Of a stretch of DNA of 64,000 bases, positions 9,129 to 19,312 are shown piece by piece (positions within the stretch are counted from its first letter, which is position 1; each line of letters starts with the position of its first letter). Both the position numbers and the translations under genes were made by a program. The notes below the pieces were generated by a model. It did no database searches. It was not told where the DNA came from and saw nothing but the letters and a program-made list of their open reading frames with translations. This DNA comes from an uncultured delta proteobacterium (GTDB lineage: Bacteria; Myxococcota_A; Polyangia; Fen-1088), in assembly GCA_963755125.1 (NCBI GenBank), contig CAVWIP010000017.1:64001-128000 (forward strand), read 5' to 3'.

Positions 9129-10904
9129 ATGCGGCCCGCCCAGCAGTCCATCTCTCGCGCCATGGGAAGTTACCTGCGGCGCATCGCCGTGCACCGGCGT
9201 CCCCTGGCCAAGATCGCGGTGCTCTTTCCCATCAAGCACGCCGCCTATCTCTTCTATCCCATTCTCATCAAGCTCATCATCGACCGCTTCATTCCGGCGC
9301 GCCGGCTGGACTTGATCTTCGGCACCCTGGTGGTGGTCGCCCTGTTGGGGGTGCTCAACTACTTCTGCCATCGCGCCTACACCGTGTGCGAAACCATCAT
9401 CACCAAGGGGGTGTCGCGCAGCCTGCGCAATCAGATCGTGGAGAAGCTGCAGCTTCTGTCGTTGCAGTATCACGCCAGCCACGAGAGCGGGCGCTTCGTC
9501 TCGAAGCTGCTGGTCGATGTCGAGCGCACCGAGCGTTTCGCCGAGATGCTCTTCAATACGTTGCTGGCCTCGGTCATCACCGTCGTGTTTTCGGTGGCGG
9601 TGCTGGCAGCGGACAACTGGAAGATGCTGCTCTTCTACCTTCTGTGCATCCCCTTCTACTTGCTGGTGTACCGGTATTTCAACGTGCGTTTCGGCCGGTT
9701 GCAGCGCGCGGCGCGCATGGCCAACGAGGATCTGAGCCATTCCTTGAGCCAGTTCATCCAGACCTCGTTTCTCAGCAAACTGCACGGCGAGGAGGAATTT
9801 GAACGAAGACGTATCGATGAGCGCAGCGTCGACATCATCCAGCGACAGAAGTCCATCCGCAAGGCCATCGCCTCGTTCGGCATCATCACTGTGACCTTCT
9901 CGCAGGTGTTCACCATGCTGATTGTCGCCGTGTGCGCGACCCTGGTGGTGCGCGGCGAGATGCTCATCGGATCGCTGGTGCTGTTTCTCACCTACATCAC
10001 CCAGCTTACCAACACGGTCACCAACATCATCAACCAGTTTCCCATCATCACCGAGTTCGCCGAATCGGTCTACTCGATCGACGAGGTGCTCGACGCTGCG
10101 GAAGAGGAGTGCAATCAGGGGAAAGAGAAACCAGCCGCCATTGACGGACAGATCGAGTTTGAGGCCGTGGATTTCTCGTACGGGAGTGGGCCGCCGGTCT
10201 TCACCGGCCTTTCCGTTCTGCTCGAGCGCTCTGCCACAGTGGCGCTGGTGGGGGCGTCGGGTTCGGGCAAGACCACCTTCGTGAACCTGGTCCTGGGTCT
10301 GGTGCAGCCGCAACGCGGACGCATTCTCCTCGACGGCCGGGACCTGGCGAGCCTTGACATGCGCCATGTGCGCAAGCAGGTCGGCGTGGTCACACAGGAG
10401 CCCATCATTTTTCGGGGAACCGTGTACGAGAACATCGCGCACGGCCGCGAGGATTACGACAAGCAGGCGGTTCGCGAGGCGGCCCGGCGAGCCAACGCGC
10501 ACGAGTTCATCGCGGCACTGCCCGACGGGTACGACACCGTGGTCGGGGAGCGCGGGGCCACGCTGTCGGGCGGGCAGAGACAGCGTATCGCCATCGCGCG
10601 CACGATCTTTCGCCGGCCGGCCATCCTGGTGCTGGACGAGGCCACCTCGGCCCTGGACGCGGAGACGGAGCGCGAGGTGCAGAAGGGCATCGACGGCCTT
10701 TTGGGGGGCCAGACCACCATCGTGATTGCGCACCGTCTGAGCACCATTTTCAGGGCGAACCGCATCCTGGTGTTCGACAAGGGAAGGATCGCGGAATCAG
10801 GCACGCACGACGAGTTGATTGACCGGCGTGGGCTTTACGCCACCCTGTTGCAGGTCCAGATGGGGCTCGACGAGCGCACCCTCGGGGTTCTGAAACAGGG
10901 GTGA
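9129..10904 (+). CDS. ABC exporter, fused TMD-NBD (MsbA/MdlB-like)
   Basis: Hydrophobic N-terminal half, GASGSGKT, LSGGQRQR, ILVLDEATSALD. Confidence 0.93.
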   Translation: MRPAQQSISRAMGSYLRRIAVHRRPLAKIAVLFPIKHAAYLFYPILIKLIIDRFIPARRLDLIFGTLVVVALLGVLNYFCHRAYTVCETIITKGVSRSLRNQIVEKLQLLSLQYHASHESGRFVSKLLVDVERTERFAEMLFNTLLASVITVVFSVAVLAADNWKMLLFYLLCIPFYLLVYRYFNVRFGRLQRAARMANEDLSHSLSQFIQTSFLSKLHGEEEFERRRIDERSVDIIQRQKSIRKAIASFGIITVTFSQVFTMLIVAVCATLVVRGEMLIGSLVLFLTYITQLTNTVTNIINQFPIITEFAESVYSIDEVLDAAEEECNQGKEKPAAIDGQIEFEAVDFSYGSGPPVFTGLSVLLERSATVALVGASGSGKTTFVNLVLGLVQPQRGRILLDGRDLASLDMRHVRKQVGVVTQEPIIFRGTVYENIAHGREDYDKQAVREAARRANAHEFIAALPDGYDTVVGERGATLSGGQRQRIAIARTIFRRPAILVLDEATSALDAETEREVQKGIDGLLGGQTTIVIAHRLSTIFRANRILVFDKGRIAESGTHDELIDRRGLYATLLQVQMGLDERTLGVLKQG

Positions 10905-10927
10905 ATCGACAACCGTTGGCGGTTGCT

Positions 10928-12235
10928 TTACGGCTGATTGGCCCCGACGATGCTTGTGGCCTTGTTGGCGTATGGGCCGGCGGGGAATTTGGCCAGATAA
11001 AGAGCGGCAGTTTTCCGCGCGGCAGCCCGATCGCGCAGGGAATCGAAGAGTACCAGACGGCGGCCCAGAGCCTGCTCGCCATAGTCGCCGGCCGGGTTTT
11101 CCGCTAGGTAGCGACCGTACCATTGTAGCGCGCTGGTCTCGGCCTTGCGCCCGGGGCGGGATTCGTCGAGGGTGCCGAGGAAGAAGGCGGCGTCTCGCGC
11201 CGCCACGGTTTGCGGGAAGCGCTGGCGCTGGGCCAAGAGCGCCCGCTGCGCCAGATCGTCCCTTCGGCGGTAGCGGGCGGCATCGGCGAGAGCGGCGAGG
11301 TCGGCACTTGTCGCGCTGGCGAGCACATCGTCGAGACCTCGGCGCGCGGCCTCATCCAGGATGCGCTGGAAGTCGCCGCGAGCCAGCGCCTGCGGCCAGG
11401 CCGCCGAGGACTCGGGGGCCATCGCTCGCGGCGCCGGCGCTGGGCGAGGGGCGCGCGACGACTCGCGCGGGGATATCGCCGGGCGCTCGCTGGAAGACGA
11501 AGGTGCAGGCGCGAGGTCAGCCGTGGGCACGGGCGCCGCGGGGGCCGCGGGCTGAGCCGGAGAGGCAGCGGGCGCCAAGGCGTCGAGCACGATTTGCCCG
11601 CTTTCCGCGCTGGCCAGGAGATGCTGGCCGGCGGAAACGGCGAGTCCCTGGCCGGCATTGGGTCCCTTCACCAAAACGCTGCCGTGGCGAATCCAGAGTT
11701 CCAGGACACTCGTTTCCGGGGTCCAGTTCATGTCGAAGGCTGTCCCCGTCACCAGAATTTGGTATGGCCCGGCCGCCAGTGACCAGCTCGCCCCGGGAAG
11801 ATGCACGACTTGCGCAGACAGCCGGCCGTGCTCGAGCCGGATGCGCGCCCCCCGCGCGTCGATGGCCGTGACGCTCGCGCGCGCCTCGGCGGCCACGGTC
11901 ACGCGAGAGCCGTCAGAGAACTCGATGCGCCCGGCTGAAGCGAGATCGGGAGCAGCGTGAGGCACGCCGGTTTCGTCGAGGACGCGGAAGGCAAGGCTGG
12001 GCGGCGTCTGGTTCAACCTGGGAGCCAGCAAGACGACGGCGGCCGCAGCAACGGCCAGGGCAAGGCCTAGGGCCAGGGTGTGTCTGGTGCGCAGCCGTCC
12101 CGAGAGCTTCACCTCAAGGCGGCTCCAGCCGGCCTGCTCGCGGGCGGACAGGTCGTCGGTGAGGGCGGCGCGGGCCAGGTTACAGAGGTGGCGAAGCGCG
12201 CGGTCCGAGGCTTGGGGCTCCAGGCTCTTCTTCAT
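10928..12235 (-). CDS. FecR-domain anti-sigma factor with C-terminal TPR-like region
   Basis: Single TM helix, FSDGSRV...IRLEHGRL...VTGTAF FecR motif, Pro-rich linker, TPR-like tail; ATGA overlap with the sigma gene. Confidence 0.85.
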   Translation of the reverse strand: MKKSLEPQASDRALRHLCNLARAALTDDLSAREQAGWSRLEVKLSGRLRTRHTLALGLALAVAAAAVVLLAPRLNQTPPSLAFRVLDETGVPHAAPDLASAGRIEFSDGSRVTVAAEARASVTAIDARGARIRLEHGRLSAQVVHLPGASWSLAAGPYQILVTGTAFDMNWTPETSVLELWIRHGSVLVKGPNAGQGLAVSAGQHLLASAESGQIVLDALAPAASPAQPAAPAAPVPTADLAPAPSSSSERPAISPRESSRAPRPAPAPRAMAPESSAAWPQALARGDFQRILDEAARRGLDDVLASATSADLAALADAARYRRRDDLAQRALLAQRQRFPQTVAARDAAFFLGTLDESRPGRKAETSALQWYGRYLAENPAGDYGEQALGRRLVLFDSLRDRAAARKTAALYLAKFPAGPYANKATSIVGANQP

Positions 12236-12885
12236 GGGGATTCCTCGTCGATTCCCGAGAGGTAGGCGGCCAGCCCAGGATCTCTGGCGATGTGGTGGTC
12301 GACCCGCGCGCGGGCGCGCACGAGCCGTCGCTTGGCTGTGGCCAGGGACACGCCCATGGCTGTGGCCACCTCGGTCAACTCCATGCCTTCGATGAAGCGC
12401 AAGACGAAGGCGATGCGGTCCTCGCTTCCGAGCCGGTCCAGGATGGCGTAGAGCCGAGAAACCGCCTGGCGCGCTTCCGGATTGGGATGAACCGTCTGCA
12501 GATCGGGGTCGATGTCTTGCTTCGCACCTAGGGTCATGCACCGTCGCACCCAGCGGCGACGCAGTTCGTGGCGCAAGGTGAGCGTCGTGATGGTGATGAG
12601 AAAGGCCGGCAGGGTTCTCGGGTCGCGCAGCGTCGGCAGTCTTTTGAACAGATTCAGGAAGACCTCCTGCACCAGATCCTCCACTTCATTTTGCTGGCCT
12701 AGCGAGCGGCGCAGAATGCGATAGACCAGCCGGGTATGGCGATCCCAGAGGACGCGGGGCGCGCGGGGATCCCCGTCCAGGATTGCGCGGACCAGGCCCG
12801 CGTCGTCGATCGCGGAAAGATCCGCGGCCGGCAGCACCAGGATCTTGGCGCCTTCTCTGGCCTGGCTATCGGTTTCGCTGCGCAT
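12232..12885 (-). CDS. ECF sigma-70 factor (start uncertain)
   Basis: EVEDLVQEVFL region 2; RIAFVLRFIEGMELTEVATAMGVSLATAKRRL region 4. Confidence 0.92.
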   Translation of the reverse strand: MRSETDSQAREGAKILVLPAADLSAIDDAGLVRAILDGDPRAPRVLWDRHTRLVYRILRRSLGQQNEVEDLVQEVFLNLFKRLPTLRDPRTLPAFLITITTLTLRHELRRRWVRRCMTLGAKQDIDPDLQTVHPNPEARQAVSRLYAILDRLGSEDRIAFVLRFIEGMELTEVATAMGVSLATAKRRLVRARARVDHHIARDPGLAAYLSGIDEESP

Positions 12886-13186
12886 GTCGTTCAATTGAAA
12901 GGTGCCCGTCCTCGCGGAAACCGGCTCAGGAAACAGGCCGTTCGGGGAACCGGCTCTTGCTACAGTAGCTGCACCCATCGGCCTCGGGCCAAGGAGGAGG
13001 AACCATTGCCTGCCACGGTGGGGCAACTTCGTTGAGCCGTTGAAGTGGCCAGGCGGCACATATGCGCGCGAGAGATGTCCACACGAGGATTCCATGACGA
13101 GTAGGCATTCGGGCAGCACACCACACATGGCGGTTGTGTGCCTACCCGCACGCGCCGCTGTCTTGGCAGCCGGCCAAGCGAAGGGG

Positions 13187-13917
13187 TCTAACCCCTGTGC
13201 TCACCTGAGTGGAAATAGTTCTTGCCTTGATGGGTAGCCCAGATGTGTGCGAAGACCTTCCGTAGAAAAGCGTACGCAACAGCGTCAGCGCTGAAATCAT
13301 GGAGGAATTAGCGATGCGGGAAGGCTGGCTTGCTGACCGATGCATTGGTTGCAGGACATGGCCCGGTTCGCTGCAAGACGCTCTTCCCGCGCCTTGCTCC
13401 GGGCCGCTGCCAGTTGCGCCGGCAGGTCTAGGATACCGGCCTTGGCGTTGCCTTCGGGAAGCCGTTGGCCACCAGCCAGGCTGAACCCAGAAGCGCGGAG
13501 TAGTGCCAGAAGAATCCGGACAACCGCCGCGAGGACTCGCGCTCGCCGATCAAGCTTCGCGATGGTGTCGAGCAGCTGCTGCCGGTCCTGGTCGAACGGC
13601 TCAATGGTGACGACAGGGCGCACACCGCGCCCGTGCCAAGAGGAAACCGTGGAGCGCGGGATCGCGACGTGCCTTGGTAGGCATCTCTTGCCAGTGCGGC
13701 ACACCTGCTCCCGGATGCGGTGGTCGTAGGCGCGGCGCGTCTCTGACGTGGCCACAAGGTCGCTTGTCATCACGAAAGGATCACCCGCCGGATGTCACCC
13801 GCCAGCGAAAACCTCAATGATATTGAGGGGGCCGCAAATGCGCACACAAATGTGCTGGAGGTCTTCGCGCGCAGCTGGGCAAGAACTATTTCCACTCGGG
13901 TGAGCACAGGGGTTAGA
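13187..13917. mobile_element. Internally deleted insertion sequence (731 bp) with 40-bp terminal inverted repeats
   Basis: TCTAACCCCTGTGCTCACCTGAGTGGAAATAGTTCTTGCC (13187-13226) matches the reverse complement of 13878-13917 with one mismatch. Confidence 0.85.
13297..13773 (-). pseudogene. Transposase remnant: N-terminal HTH fused to the C-terminal tail, catalytic core absent
   Basis: RRAYDHRIRE...IPRSTVSSW HTH-like start, no DDE core, located between the inverted repeats. Confidence 0.65.
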
Positions 13918-14752
13918 ACGCAACCGGGGTCGCGAGTAGCTGGATCTCGTTGGCGGTGAGCGCGCGATTGTAGAGCGCCTCCTCGTCGATCCTGCCGGGA
14001 AACAGTTCAGTAACCACCGCCGCATTGCCATTGCCGCCCAGGATCACCGGCCTCGTGTCGCGGGGGAAAACCCCCGAGATCGACCGCGAGTTGACCTCGA
14101 CGCCATTGACGTACAAGACCGCCAGGTTGCCGTCATAGGTTCCCGCCATGTGGGTCCAGGTCGTTTGCGCGACCTGTTGGCTGGCCTGCGGACGGGCGGC
14201 TGCGATGCTGGCCGAGAAACCGATGAACAGCGTGGGTGTCCCGTCCTGATACAGCGACAAGTGGTAGTACTGCTCGTCTGTGGTTCCAATCTGGCGCGAC
14301 AGCGCCGTCCCATACCCATCGGCCACCGAAATCACGCCATCGAAGTAAACCCACGCGGAAACCGTAACCTGGGTGGTGATACTGTCGATGCTAGCGGAGT
14401 CTGCGACAGACGCGTATCCAATGCCATTGGTGTCCAGAGCCCCGTTCAGGCGTCCTTCAACCCAGGCCTGCGCCGGATCCAGACCCACCAGGGTACCGTC
14501 ATTGCCGTTGCCGGAGGAGTCGTGCGCTACCTTGCTGCCGACGGGATCGTCGAAGTGCCACAAACCCACCAGTCCGGACAGCAGGCTCGCGGTGCTGGCA
14601 GCACCGGAGACATCGCCGGGGCTGCCGTCGAGAGAAGACGGATGATGGCCTCCGTCCGAGTAGAGGTCCACCAGGGTCAAGGTGCGTGGCGAGCAGGCCG
14701 CCAGGAACCCCAGCAGGATTAACGGCCTAGAAGCTGACGTGTAGCCCGACAT
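13913..14752 (-). CDS. LamG/concanavalin-like domain lipoprotein
   Basis: Lipobox LAAC; LVGLWHFDD...DSSGNGNDG...WTHMAGTYDG...LYVNG...GRIDE..LYNRALT. Confidence 0.9.
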   Translation of the reverse strand: MSGYTSASRPLILLGFLAACSPRTLTLVDLYSDGGHHPSSLDGSPGDVSGAASTASLLSGLVGLWHFDDPVGSKVAHDSSGNGNDGTLVGLDPAQAWVEGRLNGALDTNGIGYASVADSASIDSITTQVTVSAWVYFDGVISVADGYGTALSRQIGTTDEQYYHLSLYQDGTPTLFIGFSASIAAARPQASQQVAQTTWTHMAGTYDGNLAVLYVNGVEVNSRSISGVFPRDTRPVILGGNGNAAVVTELFPGRIDEEALYNRALTANEIQLLATPVAF

Positions 14753-15788
14753 TGGCCAGGACTCCGGGACGGGAAAATGATTTCGTGTCGGTATTGGCGA
14801 TGCGAATCACCAGGGGTGGGACAGTCGCGTTGGCGTTCAACTCGGCGCCGAGCCAAAGCCGATTCGCGAGGCGAAGGTTCGCGGCAACTCCGGCCGCAGC
14901 CAGCGCGGACCAGGCGGCGCCCGAGCGCGCAACCGCTTGCGTTGGATCAGTCGTCGCGCCTTGGCCGCTCAAGTGTGCCACGCCCGCCGACGCGACGACG
15001 AACGACTGAACCCGCGCTCGCCGAAAGAAGGCCCAGGCCAGTCCCAGCAACCCGAGCTGACGGTGCACGGTGGCGGTTCCATAATCTCCGGTGAGCGTCA
15101 TGGCCGGGCCAAGGCCGTCGATCTCGGCCCGTATTCCCAGCCCATGCGGCCACGTCACCATGGCCAGCAATGAGCCCATCCATTGGGGCGAAGGAAGCCC
15201 CACGTCCTGCTGCACGGCGATTCCCAGGCCAATCGTGACCTGCGGTCGATGAGATGACTGAGCCGTGTGGTCATGGTTGGCGGTGGCTTGCTGTGGCGCA
15301 GGCCACAGGCCGGTAAGGCTGACGCGGATCAGCTCGATCGCATTCACAGCCAACACCGCAGCGTCGTGGCTGATGTCGTCGCCCTGGACGGCCATTCGCA
15401 GGATGCTGGTTCGCCGTCCCACCCGATCTGAAACCCAGATGGCAATCGTGTGGCTCTCCGGATCGCCGATATGAGCAATGGCAAACGCGGCGACAGCGCG
15501 GGAATCCGGGGCCACGGTTTCGACCTGCGTCGTGGGATCCTGGCGTGGGTCGAGGGTGACAAACGTGGTTTGGAACTCGGCCGCGGTCAGCTCTCCGGTG
15601 ACGCGGGCCAGCGCGGTGCGCGTCAGCTCGTCGACATCGGCCGGCCGCAGGACGATAACCAACCCGCGCGACGGCCGCACCCCAGGCAGGGCTCCCGAGC
15701 TGCTATCCACGCCGTCCGCCGTGAGCGCCAAAAGTGATACCAAGACGGGAGCAATGGAGAGCATGGACGTCCCGCATTTTCTGTTCAC
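14727..15788 (-). CDS. Hypothetical secreted/outer-membrane protein
   Basis: Signal-like N-terminus, amphipathic beta-strand C-terminal half ending in Phe; overlaps the LamG gene start. Confidence 0.7.
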   Translation of the reverse strand: MNRKCGTSMLSIAPVLVSLLALTADGVDSSSGALPGVRPSRGLVIVLRPADVDELTRTALARVTGELTAAEFQTTFVTLDPRQDPTTQVETVAPDSRAVAAFAIAHIGDPESHTIAIWVSDRVGRRTSILRMAVQGDDISHDAAVLAVNAIELIRVSLTGLWPAPQQATANHDHTAQSSHRPQVTIGLGIAVQQDVGLPSPQWMGSLLAMVTWPHGLGIRAEIDGLGPAMTLTGDYGTATVHRQLGLLGLAWAFFRRARVQSFVVASAGVAHLSGQGATTDPTQAVARSGAAWSALAAAGVAANLRLANRLWLGAELNANATVPPLVIRIANTDTKSFSRPGVLANVGLHVSF

Positions 15789-16009
15789 GGGCGGGACGAA
15801 GATTGAACTTGGCAGGCCGAACGGAAAAAGACAAGGAGCGAGGCTGATCCGCCTTCAGGCGCGATGTGGGACTTCTCCTCACTATGGCGACATTGGCCCA
15901 CCCGCGTTCGGCCCGCAATTGCTGCGCGAAACTTGCTACACTAGACGCGGACACAGACCATTGGGCATGGGTCCGAATGGCTTGCCCCGGAAGTGAGAGG
16001 CATCCTTCA

Positions 16010-19000
16010 ATGACAAGAGAACGTATTGTGCGCCCGGTTTCCAATGGTCCCGCAGGTCCGTGTGCAGGCTTCGTTTTCACCGCAATTTGGGTGCTCGCGG
16101 GAATTGGCTGCAGCAGCGCATCGATTAGCAGCACAGGCGGCACCGGAGGTGCAGTGGGAGGCACCGGCGCCAACGGCGGCACCGGAACGAACCGAGCCGG
16201 TGGAGCGGGCATCAATCTGTCCTCGGCCGCTGCGACCGGCGGCACCGGTGGTTCGAGCAAGGTCTGCAACGCTTCAAACACCTCCGGCTGCAAAGCCCAG
16301 AATCCCCCGGCGTGCGGCGACGGGATCAACCAGCCACCCGAGCAATGCGACGACGGGAACATGCTGCCCGGCGATGGTTGCAATGGTGTCTGCCAGGTCG
16401 AGCCCAACTGGACATGTCCCCCGGCGGGGGCTTGCACGCGAAAGGTCGTCTGCGGCGACGGCGTCATCGGCCCGGGCGAGGTTTGCGACGACGGCAACAC
16501 CCTTGATGGCGACGGCTGCAATTCCACCTGCACGGTTCAGGATCCCGCCTACACCTGCATCGCCGGACAGCTCTGCACTCGCACTTCCCAGTGTGGCAAC
16601 AAGCGCATCGAACCGGGCGAGAACTGCGACGACGGCAACACGGTGAGCGGCGATGGCTGCAGCAGCAGCTGTCAACTCGAAGCTGGTTGGGTCTGCCCGA
16701 CGCCCGGTGCTGCCTGCAAGCCGGCCCCGCGGTGCGGTGACGGCATCGTCCAGCCCTCGCTGGGCGAGGTTTGCGACGACGGCAACACCAAGGATGGCGA
16801 CGGCTGCTCGGCCGACTGCAAAACCAAGGGTGTGGGCTGCGTTTGCACCCCGGGCCAGTTGTGCGTCTGTCCGGTCGTCAAGTGCGGGGACGGCGTGATC
16901 GAGGGTAGCGAGAAGTGCGACGACGGCAACACCAATAGCGGTGATGGCTGCTCGTCGACGTGCACCATCGAGACCGGATATGCCTGTCCCTTTGTCAACG
17001 CCCCCTGCGTGCCAGATTGTGGCGACGGCATCGTGCTGGCGCCCATGGAACAATGCGATCCCGGCGTCCAGGCGCCAAACATGGCGCAGGCCTGCTCTTC
17101 CACCTGCAAGTGGAATCCCGGCTGGGCCTGCAGCGGTACCCCGCTGAGCTGCCACCAGACGGTGTGCGGCGACGGCAAGGTCGAGGGCACCGAGGCCTGC
17201 GATGACGGCAACACCCTGCCCAACGACGGTTGCTCGCCCACCTGCCACTTTGAGCCGACCTGCAGTGTGAGCACGGGCACCTGCACCTCGAAGTGTGGGG
17301 ATGGGTTGGTCGTCGGCGAGGCGTGCGACGATGGAAACACCACCAACGGGGACGGCTGCTCGTCGACTTGCACGGTGGAGCCCGGCTACCAGTGCAGTCA
17401 GCCCGATTCCAACGCTCCCACCATGACCGTGCCGGTCACCTACCGCGACTTCCTGGTCGGCGGCGATTTCCACGCGGCCGACGTCTCGGGTAGCAACCCG
17501 GCCACGACCGGCCTGGTCCAGGGCACGCTCGACAGCGACGGCAATCCGGTCCTCGCCGGTGTGGGCGGCACCGGCGCGACTAGCGGGTGGATCACGAGTG
17601 CGGCCAGCTTCCACAATTGGTACCGGGACACGCCGGGAACCAACACCACCTACGTATCGACCATTCTTCTGCACAACAATGGCAACGGCGCCTTCGTGAA
17701 CTGGTGGAAGGACAACCAAGAGTGGACGTCGTATTCCAACGTTCGCTGGTGTTCGGACGGAACCTGCACGAACTGCAACCCTCCGCCGTACGTGAACGAC
17801 GGCACAATGCAGTGTTTTGCCGTGTGCGCGCCCTGGGGCACCGGCAACACGAATTCCTGCGTGGCCAGCGTGGCACTGGTCCCTGGAAACCCGCTGTTTT
17901 TCCCCCTCGACAACATACCGGGCATGATCACGCCGACCTCTGCCTATGCGACCGCCGAAACCCCGCCTCTATACAGCGGCGGCTGGGATGCCGAGCCAGG
18001 GACGCCCCAGCCTGTGCACAACTTCAGCTTTACCAGCGAGGTCCGCTACTGGTTCAGCTATTCGACGAGCAAACAATATACACTTGATTTCACGGGTGAC
18101 GATGATGTCTGGGTCTTCATCAATCGCAAGCTGGCGGTGGACCTGGGGGGTATTCATACCCCGGTCGAGGGCACCATCGTGCTCAACGCGACTGGTGGCG
18201 GGGATGTCACCGTGACCCCGACCGAGGGAGCCACCTGTACCACGCAGGGCGTGGTTTCGACCTGCACGTCCAGCAAGAGCAGCGTCGATCTGGGCATGAC
18301 GAACAACGGCGTTTACGAGATCGCCGTGTTCCAAGCGGAACGATGTTGGTACGGCTCGACGTACAAACTTACCCTGAGCGGCTTCAACGAGTTGCCGAGT
18401 GTGTGTGGGCCCATCTGCGGCGACGGTGTCGTGGAGCCCGGCGAACAATGCGACAATGGAACCGCGAACAATCTGGGCGGCTACAATCAGTGTGGCCCGA
18501 ATTGCCTGCTCGGGCCTTATTGCGGCGACGGCGTCGTCAACGGACCCGAGCAGTGCGACAACGGCACCAACGACGACGACTACGGGGCCACTTCCGGCTG
18601 CGCGCCTGGTTGCAAGCTGCCGGCTCGCTGTGGTGACGGCATAGTGCAGGCTGATTTTGGCGAACAATGCGACAACGGTTCCGCCAACCTGACCACCACC
18701 GACCCCGAAGTTGGCTATGGGGGCTGCCTGGCAAACTGCCAGCGCGGCGACTACTGTGGCGACGGTATCAAGAATGGCACCGAGCAATGCGACGACGGTG
18801 TCAATGATGGCACCTACGGCACTTGCAATCCCGACTGCACGCTCGCTCCGAGGTGTGGCGATGGGGTGGTTCAGGCGGACTACGGGGAGCAGTGCGAACC
18901 TACCATGACGAATGACCCCAATTGCACAAGCGCTTGCCGGCTACCGGGCGGGTGCGGCGACGGCATTGTCGAGCCGCCCGAACAATGCGACGACGGGGCG

Positions 19001-19273
19001 CTATTCAATACGGGCGCCTATGGTGGCTGCGCCCCGAGTTGCATCTACGCCCCCCACTGCGGGGATGGGATTGTGAACGGACCCGAGCAATGCGACGAAG
19101 GGACGCTCCTCAACACTGGCTCGTACGGCGGCTGCACCGCGCAATGCAAGCTGGGTCCCTACTGCGGCGACGGCATCATCAACGGTCCCGAGGAATGCGA
19201 CGACGGCGCCCAGAACGGCCTGGACAATTACTGCACGGCCTCGTGCAAGAACGTCGTCTACCTTCCCTCCTGA
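16010..19273 (+). CDS. DUF4215 (Myxococcus cysteine-rich repeat) and fibro-slime/PA14 domain lipoprotein
   Basis: Many CGDG...E.CDDGN...GDGCS..C repeats flank a domain with HNFSFTSE and FTGDDDVWVFIN..LAVDLGGIH; lipobox AGIGC. Confidence 0.93.
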   Translation: MTRERIVRPVSNGPAGPCAGFVFTAIWVLAGIGCSSASISSTGGTGGAVGGTGANGGTGTNRAGGAGINLSSAAATGGTGGSSKVCNASNTSGCKAQNPPACGDGINQPPEQCDDGNMLPGDGCNGVCQVEPNWTCPPAGACTRKVVCGDGVIGPGEVCDDGNTLDGDGCNSTCTVQDPAYTCIAGQLCTRTSQCGNKRIEPGENCDDGNTVSGDGCSSSCQLEAGWVCPTPGAACKPAPRCGDGIVQPSLGEVCDDGNTKDGDGCSADCKTKGVGCVCTPGQLCVCPVVKCGDGVIEGSEKCDDGNTNSGDGCSSTCTIETGYACPFVNAPCVPDCGDGIVLAPMEQCDPGVQAPNMAQACSSTCKWNPGWACSGTPLSCHQTVCGDGKVEGTEACDDGNTLPNDGCSPTCHFEPTCSVSTGTCTSKCGDGLVVGEACDDGNTTNGDGCSSTCTVEPGYQCSQPDSNAPTMTVPVTYRDFLVGGDFHAADVSGSNPATTGLVQGTLDSDGNPVLAGVGGTGATSGWITSAASFHNWYRDTPGTNTTYVSTILLHNNGNGAFVNWWKDNQEWTSYSNVRWCSDGTCTNCNPPPYVNDGTMQCFAVCAPWGTGNTNSCVASVALVPGNPLFFPLDNIPGMITPTSAYATAETPPLYSGGWDAEPGTPQPVHNFSFTSEVRYWFSYSTSKQYTLDFTGDDDVWVFINRKLAVDLGGIHTPVEGTIVLNATGGGDVTVTPTEGATCTTQGVVSTCTSSKSSVDLGMTNNGVYEIAVFQAERCWYGSTYKLTLSGFNELPSVCGPICGDGVVEPGEQCDNGTANNLGGYNQCGPNCLLGPYCGDGVVNGPEQCDNGTNDDDYGATSGCAPGCKLPARCGDGIVQADFGEQCDNGSANLTTTDPEVGYGGCLANCQRGDYCGDGIKNGTEQCDDGVNDGTYGTCNPDCTLAPRCGDGVVQADYGEQCEPTMTNDPNCTSACRLPGGCGDGIVEPPEQCDDGALFNTGAYGGCAPSCIYAPHCGDGIVNGPEQCDEGTLLNTGSYGGCTAQCKLGPYCGDGIINGPEECDDGAQNGLDNYCTASCKNVVYLPS

Positions 19274-19312
19274 TTGGGGGTGCAGCGCGCTGGTGGAGAC
19301 ACCGCATGGCTG

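Noticed and set aside
8070..10733. 887-aa minus-strand ORF and many similar long antisense ORFs
   Set aside because: Shadow frames of well-supported high-GC genes on the opposite strand, with no motifs of their own.
16300..19260. Regularly recurring TGCGGCGACGGC / TGCGACGACGGCAAC repeats
   Set aside because: Coding repeats of the DUF4215 Cys-rich motif, not a CRISPR array or non-coding repeat.
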